From Alphaproteobacteria bacterium (GTDB lineage Bacteria; Pseudomonadota; Alphaproteobacteria; SHVV01), in NCBI GenBank assembly GCA_965261735.1, contig OZ253470.1, forward strand, positions 320,001 to 384,000: 64,000 nt of DNA. The letters run 5' to 3'. The notes under the pieces are model-generated. The model saw only the letters and a program-made list of their open reading frames with translations, made no database searches and was not told where the DNA came from. This document shows, one piece after another, positions 29,935 to 40,114 of this stretch; within the stretch, counting starts at the first letter, position 1, and each line of letters starts with the position of its first letter. Both the position numbers and the translations under genes were made by a program.

Positions 29935-32574
29935 TCAGAATCGCAGCAGACCGATCACGCCCACACGATGTTCAGGATCGCCGGCATGGCTTTCGCGCCG
30001 CTCTCCCGAGAGCTCGAGAGTGAGAGCTGTCGATTCCGAATGAACTTGATTGTAGCGAGCTCCTAGGCGTGTACGCTGGCTATCCTCATCCCACCAGCCG
30101 AACTCGCCGAACGGTGTCAGAAGACCGTTCATCCCTCTGATCCCATAGCCCACACGGGCGTCCAACGACATCGCACTTGGATCACGCGAGCGGGATGCCA
30201 GCCGACCGAAACCATCATTGCGCCACAACGCGTCCGCTCCTCCCGTGTATTCACCCCAGCGCGGCGACAGCGACAGCGAGAGGCCAAGACCATCGGAGCG
30301 CGGCGACAGGCTCGCCGTCGCGCTCAGGCCGTACTCCTCGTAGTTCTCAGCCGAATGCAGGACCAGCGTCCGACCTCGCACTTCAAGACTGAAGCCACTG
30401 TAAGGATCGGAAAAGTACAACCCGGGGGAAAGCTCAAGTCCTGCTTCCACGTCGCCGTCACCACCGTCAAAGCGGTTGGCAACCTCCATGAACCACGTGA
30501 GGGTGCTGCCACCCTCCAGCTCTGCCGTGTACGAGCCCTCAACACCCATGTGTGCCCGCCAGACATCCACTGTGACCCCTGCGATCGCCTGCACGCCGTC
30601 TTCGGTCGACACTCGTCCGAAGCCCATGTCACCGAGCAATGCCCAGTCCAGCGGCTCGGCAATCTCCACCGCCCGACGCCCGCCTGTGGAGGCCATCCAC
30701 ATTGTGATGTCGCTTGTTTCTTTGGCGGACGTCGCACCGGGGCGCTTGTTCTCGAGCGTACCCCAGCCCGCGCCAAGAATGGCCCAGAGTTCGCTTTTCG
30801 GATTTGGTGCGAAGCGTATGTATGGAAGCAGGCTGGTCAGCGTGACGTCCATTTGCCCGTCATTACCGGCGCCGCTTATCCCGAGAGTGTAATCGGCCTC
30901 GGCCATGGTTCGCGACACCGCGACGCCCGCCAGCCATTGTTCGTCCACCTGCATGTCGACACCGAGATAGCCGGCCCTCAAGTCGCCGTCATAGCCCGAT
31001 CCTTGATCCGGGTCGCTGCTGAAATACTGCAGATCGCCTCGCCCCCATAAAACCCACTGCGCCGCCGCTTGCGCTTGTGCGCTTTCGCTGGCCCCAAGGA
31101 CGACCTGAAAATCGGTCGAGCGCAATAGATCATCAGAGCTGAGCGCCCAAGAGTGACTTTCGCTTGTTCCCTTTCGCTTGTTATAAAGAGAGTTCCAGGG
31201 CTCATCTTCAAACGCGCCGTGTTGTGTGGCAGACAGTCCGGCTAACGAGAGGCTCGTGCCGCCGCGCGCAGAGGAGAAACGCGCTCCGATGTTTGTGGTC
31301 ACGTTGGACACCGTGGATGCGGTTACAGTGGCCAGGGTGTTGGTCGCTGCTGCTTTCTCTATCTCATCTACAGGAGGCCCTTCGATTACCGTGACCGAGA
31401 CGGGGCCAGCGGCGGTCACGTTACCGTAGCCGGTTACAGAGTGATTAATGGTTACTCTGTTATTGATGGTATCGTCGTCTTGGGCCGTGCTCACCGTGAA
31501 GGTCTGGGGCTCATTGCGGGTAGTAAACGTTAGGCTCTCGGGCAGGATTGTGACATCAAGATTGTCGCTTTGCGGTGTGACTATGACGGCACCATCGGGG
31601 TTTGTTGTCAATTCGACCATGTAGAAACCACTCTCTCCTTCTACAATCGTCAGCCGGCTCACGGACAAGTGCACTCCACCAATAACGTCGTTATCCTGCA
31701 CCGTGACCAAGACAGTTCCGCGAGCGATCACGTCTCCATCGACGGAGTGGGAGAGAATTGCGGTATCATCAATGGCGTCGTCGTCCTCGGCGGCACTCAC
31801 CGTGACGGTCTGAGGCGCACTGCCGGCAGTAAACTTCAGGTGATCGGGAGAGAGGGTCACCTCTTGATTGCTGCTGCTTAGCAAGACGGTGACTTCGCCA
31901 CTGGGGTCGCTTGTCAATTCGACCGTGTAATTCCTGCTCCCGCCTTCTACTATCTCTAGCTGGCTCACGGACAGGCGCACGTCATCGTCATCTACAATCC
32001 AACCTCTAGCGGTCTCCGGATAACCAATCTCTCCGTCAAAGCAACTATTGTCCTTTAAAAGAGATTTATCCAATCCGATATCAAAATATTCATCACCTTC
32101 ACTAAAACTGTCTTCTTCTGTAAACACTGAGAATGTTACTGCGCTCTGTCCGTAGTCGAATTCGGCGACTGCTGCATAAGAAGTGCCAGTAGTAAATTCG
32201 CCTTCACCACCACCTGGAATCAACGGGATACTATAATCGGCCTCATAGGTCGCGCTACCACCAGGAATGATGTCAATTGGAATCCATAGCGTATTGCAAC
32301 CGTCTGAGGAGTTATATGGTGTGTTTAACGTCAGGGTGAATACTGCGGCTTCACCCTCTTGCACTGATATAATTTGTCCCACTCCAAAGGACAGGCGTAG
32401 ATGGTCATCAGCCTTCCCTTCCGACAGCCCATAGATGGAGCTCAGAACGATTGCGGCTGCCAATACCCCGGCCAAGCGCCACACGCGCGACCGTGAGCAT
32501 CTCGTATTCTGGCAATATCTATTGGATGAGCTGCGCCGATACTCGGCTGCCCTAAACCGGGCGAAGTGGGCCAT
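29935..32574 (-). CDS. Autotransporter/adhesin with Calx-beta-like repeats and C-terminal beta-barrel
   Basis: Calx-beta-like EDSFSEGDEYF and two ~100-aa repeats; barrel region WGRGD...; terminal Phe; the ORF-track N-terminal extension is IS5-derived. Confidence 0.85.
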   Translation of the reverse strand: MAHFARFRAAEYRRSSSNRYCQNTRCSRSRVWRLAGVLAAAIVLSSIYGLSEGKADDHLRLSFGVGQIISVQEGEAAVFTLTLNTPYNSSDGCNTLWIPIDIIPGGSATYEADYSIPLIPGGGEGEFTTGTSYAAVAEFDYGQSAVTFSVFTEEDSFSEGDEYFDIGLDKSLLKDNSCFDGEIGYPETARGWIVDDDDVRLSVSQLEIVEGGSRNYTVELTSDPSGEVTVLLSSSNQEVTLSPDHLKFTAGSAPQTVTVSAAEDDDAIDDTAILSHSVDGDVIARGTVLVTVQDNDVIGGVHLSVSRLTIVEGESGFYMVELTTNPDGAVIVTPQSDNLDVTILPESLTFTTRNEPQTFTVSTAQDDDTINNRVTINHSVTGYGNVTAAGPVSVTVIEGPPVDEIEKAAATNTLATVTASTVSNVTTNIGARFSSARGGTSLSLAGLSATQHGAFEDEPWNSLYNKRKGTSESHSWALSSDDLLRSTDFQVVLGASESAQAQAAAQWVLWGRGDLQYFSSDPDQGSGYDGDLRAGYLGVDMQVDEQWLAGVAVSRTMAEADYTLGISGAGNDGQMDVTLTSLLPYIRFAPNPKSELWAILGAGWGTLENKRPGATSAKETSDITMWMASTGGRRAVEIAEPLDWALLGDMGFGRVSTEDGVQAIAGVTVDVWRAHMGVEGSYTAELEGGSTLTWFMEVANRFDGGDGDVEAGLELSPGLYFSDPYSGFSLEVRGRTLVLHSAENYEEYGLSATASLSPRSDGLGLSLSLSPRWGEYTGGADALWRNDGFGRLASRSRDPSAMSLDARVGYGIRGMNGLLTPFGEFGWWDEDSQRTRLGARYNQVHSESTALTLELSGERRESHAGDPEHRVGVIGLLRF

Positions 32575-32670
32575 ATTGAATGCCTCCCGGCTTTGATCGT
32601 TGCCTCGCCTGTCAGTGCAGTCACCGCCTCTACCGCAGATGGACAAAGCCCACGCGGCAATGATCATTGG

Positions 32671-33948
32671 GGCTTTGGTGCATGGAGCCGCGATGGTGTG
32701 ATCGCCCATTCCCCGGGCGCTCTTATCAATCCAGAAACGAATGTCGCCGCGCCGAACCAAACCACGGTCATAATCCGGCCAGTTCTATGACCCGGTACTT
32801 GGCTCTGGGGAATATGGTCGCGACGCGATGCGTGGAACTTGAAAGGCATGACAAACTCTCAAAGACGGACCTGCTTATCCGTGACACCCCGCTTGGGAAG
32901 GCATATGTTCTTGGTACGTTCCTGACGAGGGAGGTCACGGATATGGGGTTCAAGGTTGCATCGCGGGTGCGCGGGTTGAGCGACGAGGCGTTTCGCGAAG
33001 CCTTCGGCGCTTAGGAGCAGTGCCGCTCGGCATTGTCCCGGCTGCGCTGGCCGGACGGCTTCGTCTGCCCCGCCTGCGGCCATCGCGGGCATTGTGTGCT
33101 GGCGGGCCGGAGCCTCCACCAATGCAACCGGTGCAAGAAGCAGACATCCTCCACGGCGGGCACGATCTTCCACGCCACCAAGCTGCCGCTGACGCTGTGG
33201 TTCGCGGCCGTCCACCTGATCGTAACGGCGAAGAACGGGATTTCCTCGGTCGAGCTGGGGCGCCGTCTCGGGGTCAAGCAGCCGACCGCCTGGACCATGA
33301 AGCACAAGATCATGGCGGTGATGGCGCGGCGCGAGGCAGACACGCCGCTGTCGGGGCGGGTGGAGATAGACGATGCTTACCTCGGCGGCGCGCGCGCCGG
33401 CGGCAAGCGGGGCCGTGGCGCGCCGGGCAAGACGCCCTTCGTGGCGGCGGTCTCCACCAGCCCCGAGGGCCGGCCGCGCAAGGTCAAGCTGGTCCCGGTC
33501 AAGGGCTTCCGCAAGCGCGAGATCGCGCGCGGCGCCAAGCGCTGGCTGGCCCCCGGAAGCGAGGTCCTCACCGACGGCCTGCGCTGCTGGAACGCGCTCG
33601 ACGGGGTCGTCGGAAGCCATCGCGCGATCCGCACCGGCTCCGGGCGGCAGGCCGCCCGCATGGCGCCCTTCAAATGGGTCAACACGACGCTCGGCAACAT
33701 CAAGAGCGCGATCACCGGAACCTACCGCAAGCTCGGCCCCGATCATGCCCAACGCTACCTCGCCAGCTTCGCCTCGCGATACAACCGGCGCTACCAGCTC
33801 AACACCATGATCCCGCGGTTCGTTCACAGCGCCGCACGAACCCAACCCATCCCATACCGAGCGCTCATCGCTGGATGACTTTCATGGATAAGCAGGAAGA
33901 CGGAAGCGGAGCCAGATATACTAATCATCAGGTCCATGCACCAAAGCC
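32671..33948 (-). mobile_element. Internally deleted IS5 (IS903-like) element carrying a nested IS1595
   Basis: IRs GGCTTTGGTGCATGGA / TCCATGCACCAAAGCC; fragments MPFKFHASRRDHIP and VRRGDIRFWID. Confidence 0.65.
32870..33896 (+). mobile_element. IS1595-family element; transposase 32943-33878 with in-frame TAG at 33012
   Basis: IRs CCTGCTTATCC / GGATAAGCAGG; 8-bp TSD AAGACGGA; RWPDGFVCPACG zinc ribbon, EIDDAYLGG, TDG. Confidence 0.9.
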
Positions 33949-34350
33949 CCTCCGAACCATTCTCCAAAACGCCTACAGCATCGTGGTCCAGACCACGGTT
34001 CAATAAGCATGGAGAGATGCGCAGTCGTTCGCAACCAAGAATTCTCAAGGTGTAGCTCAGTAATATTGAGGCATGTCCCAGCCCGAAACTTCTCGCCAAC
34101 CTGTGCCGCCCCTTAGAAACACGGCGGGCATTTGCAGCGGCACCGACGGCCGCAGCGACACTGCTCGCAGTCGCACCCACCTTATGCAGTCGCATGTGCG
34201 AGAGTACGGATCTCGTGCTGTCCTCGCCGGCGGGCCGCAATCCGGACCCGTTCCCCCACTCGATGCTGTTTCGGCCCGCGATTGACCGCGGCCCACGTTG
34301 CTTCTAGTCTGGCTCAGCATTATTGAGCCGGATACAGGAGCCTGGGATCC

Positions 34351-35241
34351 ATGAAAACCAAACGACTGCCCCCTCTGAATTCGCTCCAGGCATTCGAAGC
34401 TGCGGGGAGATATGAGAGCTTCCTGGAAGCGGCGACGGAACAGAGCGTTACGTCGGGCTCCGTTAGCAGACATGTGAGGCTGCTCGAGAGCTATCTGGAA
34501 ACCGAACTGTTTGTACGGCGAAGCAACGGGGTCACGCTCACCTCAGCAGGAAAGGAATACGCCGAAAAGGTCAGCGGCATTTTCAGAGATTTGAGAACCG
34601 CGACGGATCGTGTCCGCAAGCCCTCGCGCGACCGCGCGATCGTGATCTCGACGCTCCCGATATTCTCGGAACGCTGGCTCTACCGCCGCATTCCGTCATT
34701 CAGGAAGGCGTTCGATAAGGCGGAGCTGCGGGTCGAGTGTCACAACGGCGAGCCCGACGCGGATCGGGAAGACGTGGAAGCGTGGATTCTGTATTCGAAG
34801 GGACAGCATCCCGGTTACAGTGTCACGCGGCTGTTCGGAGAAGAGATTTTTCCCGTCTGCAGCCCGCAATTCCGCAAGACGCTGTCGACCCACCCCAGCG
34901 CCGACGAAGTCATCGGGCAACCGCTGTTGCACGACTTATACTGGGACACCGACTGGCCGGACTGGGCTTGTGCCATCGGTGCAACCGCCGGCGAATTTGC
35001 CGCCAACATGCGCTTTGCGCTTTACAAGGGCGTCATTCAGGCGGCGGTTGACGGCATGGGGATGGCCGTCGGACATGGCGAGATGGTCGCCAAGGAGCTG
35101 GCGACCGGAAAGCTTGTCCCCTTACCGCATCTCTCGGTTGTTTCCGAGAAATTCTATCACCTGATCATGAACGCTTCGTCAGCGAACAATCGAACCCTCG
35201 TCCGTTTGAAGGAATGGCTCCTGCAGGAAAGCGCAGGATGA
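34351..35241 (+). CDS. LysR-family regulator (GcvA-like)
   Basis: LPPLNSLQAFEAAGR HTH plus substrate-binding domain. Confidence 0.9.
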   Translation: MKTKRLPPLNSLQAFEAAGRYESFLEAATEQSVTSGSVSRHVRLLESYLETELFVRRSNGVTLTSAGKEYAEKVSGIFRDLRTATDRVRKPSRDRAIVISTLPIFSERWLYRRIPSFRKAFDKAELRVECHNGEPDADREDVEAWILYSKGQHPGYSVTRLFGEEIFPVCSPQFRKTLSTHPSADEVIGQPLLHDLYWDTDWPDWACAIGATAGEFAANMRFALYKGVIQAAVDGMGMAVGHGEMVAKELATGKLVPLPHLSVVSEKFYHLIMNASSANNRTLVRLKEWLLQESAG

Positions 35242-35881
35242 AAGTTGTCGAACGGCTGACCATTCTCGAGGTCGCCAGCCCCGCGCTGAAAACCGTTGCA
35301 TCCCCGATCTTTCGGCCAGGGTGCGCCGATCGGCGCCGGACTACCGATTGAGCGTTCCTTACCGGTCGTTGCCAAGCGAGCAGGACAAACCGTCCCCTTC
35401 GGGCGGCACGGGATCGTCTTCCCTGCCGTAGCATCCGGGGCCACCGGCCGGTACCCGTCCGGAATTCGGTCGATGCGGCCATTCCCGTCGCGGCGGCGCG
35501 CGCCGGCCCTTGCCGCAACCGCATTGCCGGTGAGCCCCCCGGCACACTGCGAAGTCGCGCGGAAGCGATCGGACTGTGCACGCGCAACCCGCTGAAGACA
35601 GCCCCATCGCTTAGGCCAGGATCGTTCTCCGGCGTTCAACACGAGAGCTGCCCCGGCCGGCCGGCACCGCACGTCATCGCCCGGGCTCCCGGACGTCGAC
35701 CGAGCCGCCTCCATCGTCGCGCCGGCTTCGGTTTCCGGTGACCGGATGGCCGGCTCCCGGCTGTTTTGCCAGCAATTCCGGGCAATCCGGACGGACGTCA
35801 CCGCGGCCCGCGATTGACCGTGACCTGCAATAATTTTAGTCTGCCTCAACTTCTCTGAGGCTTCGCCAGTGCCGTAACTAC

Positions 35882-36175
35882 ATGTCCAATGAGCCGCTTC
35901 CGCCGCTGAACTCGCTCCACGCATTCGAAGCGGCGGGCAGACATGAGAGTTTCCTGTATGCGGCGGCTGAATTGCGGGTCTCACCCGGCGCCATCAGCAG
36001 ACATGTTCGGCAGCTAGAGCGATTTCTGGGAACCGAGCTGTTTGTCAGGCGAAGCAATGGAGTGACGCTCACCCCGGCCGGCAACCTCTACGCCCGGAAA
36101 GTGAGCCGCATCGTCAGAGACCTGAGAAGAGCGACGGCTGAAGTGCGCAAACCGGATACGGCCGTCGTACCCTGA
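35882..36175 (+). CDS. HTH-only LysR paralog (truncated)
   Basis: LPPLNSLHAFEAAGRHESF...; 97 aa, lacks the effector domain. Confidence 0.7.
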   Translation: MSNEPLPPLNSLHAFEAAGRHESFLYAAAELRVSPGAISRHVRQLERFLGTELFVRRSNGVTLTPAGNLYARKVSRIVRDLRRATAEVRKPDTAVVP

Positions 36176-36492
36176 TCCAGACCCCCGTACGAAATCTCTA
36201 TCACATTGAAATATAACAGTATGTTGAGACATTCCCTCAGGTTTCCCGTATTTCCAAAATCCTGTCGATCCCTGAGTGCTCTCGGCGTCGCTTGGCGGTT
36301 CCACACCGAAAACGCCCCCGTCGATCCCCCTGTCGTTCGAGACAACCGCAGTTAACGTTTCGGTCGCCGTGATCCAGTCCTGTGGCTGGCCAATGGACCG
36401 CGCCGCCGCCGTGCCATGTTCTCCATGCCGAGCCGCGCCCGCTCCTCGTCCAGGCCGGACCGACGACTCGCCGTCAGTCCAACCCAAGGGAG

Positions 36493-36564
36493 GAGCCGGA
36501 TGCCTTAACGGGCACGTCCGGATCTGCGCGGGGGGCACCGGGTAACCGGCGTCCCTACCGCGAT
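36493..36564 (+). ncRNA. Group II intron 3' remnant (domains V-VI)
   Basis: GAGCCGGATGCCTTAACGGGCACGTCCGGATCTG (D5 with AGC triad), then GGGGGCACCGGGTAACCGGCGTCCCTACCGCGAT (D6, AY end). Confidence 0.8.
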
Positions 36565-36632
36565 AATTGCGTAGAGCAGCCTTCGATAATTTACCGAGAT
36601 TGCGCAGTGAACCCGGTTAACTTGACAAACTC
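36565..36632. mobile_element. Half copy of the IS6-type MITE
   Basis: AATTGCGTAGAGCAGCC...GGTTAACTTGACAAA, homologous to the right half of 18842-18973. Confidence 0.7.
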
Positions 36633-36912
36633 CATCGTCCGCATATACGGCGTCGAGCAGGCGGCGGAGTGCCTCGACCTGATCAGTCGGGTGCATGGCG
36701 CGGCGCGGAAAGTGTTGTCAGCCGGCGAGACATCGCCAGCGGTGACGAAATCCCCGATCATGCGACAGGTTTGTCGATACTCAGGTTTGAACTTCCGAAT
36801 GCCTTCTCACCTGGTGTTGTAGCAGAACGAGCGGAAAGTGCTGCTGGGCCACCAAGGTACGGCTTGCGGTACGGGCCGGACCTTGATAGCCCTGTACAAA
36901 ATGGTGGTTTGT

Positions 36913-36927
36913 GTTCCCTTTTTGTTC
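36913..36927 (+). promoter_or_regulatory. Alphaproteobacterial LexA (SOS) box
   Basis: GTTC-CCTTTTT-GTTC, exact GTTC-N7-GTTC, 13 nt before the ATG at 36941. Confidence 0.7.
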
Positions 36928-36940
36928 TATAGTCAGGCGT

Positions 36941-37699
36941 ATGGCAGCGACTACGCAAATTGAATGGACCGATACGACGTGGAACCCGGTTACGGGTTGC
37001 ACCAAGGTTACGCGTGGATGTGACTTCTGTTACGCGGAGCGGTTTGCAGAACGATTTCGGAACGTGCCCGGGCATCCGTTCGAAAACGGTTTCGATCTCA
37101 CATTGAGGCCGGAACGTCTTCAGCAGCCGCTTAAATGGCGAACGTCCCGCCGCGTCTTCGTCAACTCCATGAGTGATCTCTTCCATAAGGAAGTGCCCTT
37201 GTCCTTCATCGACGCCGTGTTTGACACCATGGAGGCGGCTGACTGGCACACTTTCCAAGTTTTGACGAAACGCAGCTCGCTTATGGCGCGTTATCTTCGC
37301 AGACGGTATCGAGAAAGTTTAGCGCCGCCGCATATTTGGTTGGGTGTTTCCGTTGAGAATGCAAAGAACACGGTACGGCTGAATCATCTGAGGACGGCCA
37401 AAGCGTCGACCAAGTTCGTGTCCTTTGAGCCCTTATTGGGTCCAGTCGGCAGGATCGATCTGGTCGGAATTGCTTGGGCTATTGTTGGCGGCGAGAGTGG
37501 CCCGCGTGCGCGACCTATGTCTAAAGAGTGGGCGATTGAGATTCGCGATCAATGCTGCGCGTCCAAAGTTGCATTCTTCTTTAAGCAGTGGGGTGGAATT
37601 CGACCAAAGGCCGGTGGGCGTCATTTGCGAGGACGGGAATGGAATCAATATCCCCGCGTCTCCAAGATCCACCGAATTGAAGCAGTTGCAGTGAAATAG
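36941..37699 (+). CDS. DUF5131 / phage Gp37-Gp68 family protein (three-Cys, radical-SAM-like)
   Basis: IEWTDTTWNPVTGCTKVTRGCDFCYA, VNSMSDLFH, SFEPLLG, VGGESG, FFFKQWGG. Confidence 0.92.
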   Translation: MAATTQIEWTDTTWNPVTGCTKVTRGCDFCYAERFAERFRNVPGHPFENGFDLTLRPERLQQPLKWRTSRRVFVNSMSDLFHKEVPLSFIDAVFDTMEAADWHTFQVLTKRSSLMARYLRRRYRESLAPPHIWLGVSVENAKNTVRLNHLRTAKASTKFVSFEPLLGPVGRIDLVGIAWAIVGGESGPRARPMSKEWAIEIRDQCCASKVAFFFKQWGGIRPKAGGRHLRGREWNQYPRVSKIHRIEAVAVK

Positions 37700-37710
37700 C
37701 GAGTGAAAAC

Positions 37711-38880
37711 GTGACTGATCCATATTCTGGTCGCAAGGCAACCAAGGCAAAGCACTACATTCTTAAGAGTTACCTCCAGGCGCTCGCATTCAAAGTCCTC
37801 ACATTTCAAGTCATCACGTACGTCGATGGCTTTTCTGGTCCATGGAAGACTAAGACCGACGACTTCAGCGATTCATCTTTCATGATTGCAATCTCGGTCT
37901 TACTGGACGCCCAAAAACAGTACCTGGACCGAAGTGGTATTCGGCGACAGGTTCGTTGTTTTTTTTCGGAAAACGATCCCGACAGGTTTCAGAATCTTGA
38001 GAAGGCCGTCAAACCGTTTCACAGGCCAGCGGAAGGGTTCGAAATCAAGACTTACTTCGGCGATTTCGAAGATGCTGTCAGAGAAATTCAGGCGTTTATC
38101 GGTAGTTCATTTCCGTTGATTTTTATCGACCCTACAGGATGGACAGGTTATCCGTTCGACAAGATAAAGCCCCTCTTCGCGCGACCCAAGTGCGAGGTTC
38201 TTATCAATTTCATGTATGCGTTTGTTCATCGCTTTGTTCACAGCGAGGACGAAGACACTATTACTTCATTGAACCCGATTCTGGGAGGAGCCGGTTGGCG
38301 TAATCGCCTCGACCGGAGACTTGATCGCGGTCACGCGGTTGAGACGCTGTTTCGTGAGACGCTTAAGGCTATCGGCGATTTCGAGTTTGTAATTTCGACG
38401 AAAATCGACAAGGCCGCAACCGAACAGCCGCACTTTTTCATAGCTTACGGCACAAAGAGTTTGGAAGGGCTTAAGGCATTTCGACAAGCGGAATACGATT
38501 CGCTTCGCAAGCATGAGAAGAATCGCGCGAACGCTAAGGAGCGCTTACGCGAGGAACGAACGAATATGTCGGACTTATTCGCTGGTCACCAGTCGAGCAT
38601 AAAAGAAGCAACCATCGACGAAATCGTCGGAGAACAGATGAAGCTGGCATCGACTACCTTGATGGTAACTCTATCGACAACCCTAACGCTTCCATTCTCC
38701 AGTGTGTTGGTTGCGTTGCTTGAACCTTATATGTTGCGCGAGACGAACGTCAAAGACATTTGCGTCGCCCTTGCGAATGCCGGAAAGATCGAAAATACTT
38801 GGGGCAGCGGAACTCAAAAATCCCAAGATGACAGTATTATCAAATTGATGGCGCCTGTCGATAACACAATTTCTAAATAG
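37711..38880 (+). CDS. tcmP: Three-Cys-motif partner protein (SAM-methyltransferase-like)
   Basis: KHYILKSYL, YVDGFSGP, FIDPTGW, EVLINFM; directly follows DUF5131. Confidence 0.85.
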   Translation: MTDPYSGRKATKAKHYILKSYLQALAFKVLTFQVITYVDGFSGPWKTKTDDFSDSSFMIAISVLLDAQKQYLDRSGIRRQVRCFFSENDPDRFQNLEKAVKPFHRPAEGFEIKTYFGDFEDAVREIQAFIGSSFPLIFIDPTGWTGYPFDKIKPLFARPKCEVLINFMYAFVHRFVHSEDEDTITSLNPILGGAGWRNRLDRRLDRGHAVETLFRETLKAIGDFEFVISTKIDKAATEQPHFFIAYGTKSLEGLKAFRQAEYDSLRKHEKNRANAKERLREERTNMSDLFAGHQSSIKEATIDEIVGEQMKLASTTLMVTLSTTLTLPFSSVLVALLEPYMLRETNVKDICVALANAGKIENTWGSGTQKSQDDSIIKLMAPVDNTISK

Positions 38881-39483
38881 CCTGAACCAATGGGCCGAGG
38901 AAGTTCTGAACCGCGCCGCGGAGTGTGGCGGGCCGGCTGAAGCGGGTTCGCGATGCTTTGGCTGCACCTTATGACGGTTTTGCTGGCGCTGGGACTCGGA
39001 ACGGCGAACCTCGCCCGAAGGCAGCGGGCCGGAAAACCCGAACTTCGAAAGGCCCGGCCTCTGGGGTCACGCGGTGCCTGCTTTCCGTCTTCTCTTCACG
39101 AGACCGATTCCGGACTCGGCCTCCGCGCGCGGCGTCGGTACCAGGGTTCGAAAGGATTGCTGGCACGCGGCCATGCCGGAGACTCGCATCGCAAGACGGG
39201 CCGCGCCGGGCGCAATCGGTCCCATGGTCTCCACTACCATCATCTGGTCTTCGCCCGTTCCGGGCGGAGTGGGCCAATCGATCGGGAGCAACCGTACGCC
39301 CCCTGCGCCTTGAGCACCTGGGGGGGACCCGTGCCCCGATCGTTGGCCGCGATGGATGCCCCGGGATTCGCATCACCATCGTGTCCCGTCCCCATGCGCC
39401 GAGTATCATCGCCCTGGCAAGGCAGCGGGCGGCGCTCGGTTTCCAGGGCAGCCCCTGCGACATGACGGAGACCGCAGAACGGT

Positions 39484-39993
39484 ATGCCCCAGGCGGCGCA
39501 ATCCAGAGTCTTCGTGGACGGCAACAACGTCATGGGCTCGCGGCCCGACGGCTGGTGGCGCGATCGGGCCGAGGCCGCGCGACGGCTCGTCGCCGAGATC
39601 ATTCCGCTGGCGCTCGGTCACGGTGGCGTATGGACGATTGTGTTCGATGGGAAGGAGCCGCCCCGCATGCCGCCGTCACCCGAGTGCATCATCGTGGTTC
39701 ACACTGGGCATGGCCGCCGGGATGGAGCAGATGATCGAATCGTGGAACTTGTGCACGAACGCTCGGATCGGGCGGCGTCGCTGGTCTACACCTCCGACGC
39801 GAAGCTGCGCACTCGGGTGAAGGCGCTCGGCACCCAGGTCATGGGGTGCGGCACGTTGCTGAGCCAGATCGCGACGCTGCGTGCCACCATGGAGCCAATT
39901 GGCACCGGACACTCGCACGACCCCGCCGAAGACGACGGACGTGACCATCACGTAAACGGAGACCTACCGACCACCCCCACCGCCGAAGGCTGA
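39484..39993 (+). CDS. NYN/YacP-like PIN-fold ribonuclease
   Basis: FVDGNNVMG, IVFDG, ADDRIV, YTSD.KL. Confidence 0.8.
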   Translation: MPQAAQSRVFVDGNNVMGSRPDGWWRDRAEAARRLVAEIIPLALGHGGVWTIVFDGKEPPRMPPSPECIIVVHTGHGRRDGADDRIVELVHERSDRAASLVYTSDAKLRTRVKALGTQVMGCGTLLSQIATLRATMEPIGTGHSHDPAEDDGRDHHVNGDLPTTPTAEG

Positions 39994-40114
39994 AATCGCG
40001 AGCGATTTTGATGAACGGGACAGAGAGGATCAAGGGCGCGTCTGTCGTGACACCATAGACCAACAATCCAGCAACGCATGTAGACCCCGATTGCGGGTCC
40101 GGGAACAGACCACA

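Noticed and set aside
32575-32760. N-terminal extension of the 941-aa autotransporter ORF
   Set aside because: It translates IS5 transposase remnant and IR sequence
33012-33014. In-frame TAG as programmed readthrough or recoding
   Set aside because: Other genes here use TAG as a normal stop; a nonsense mutation is simpler
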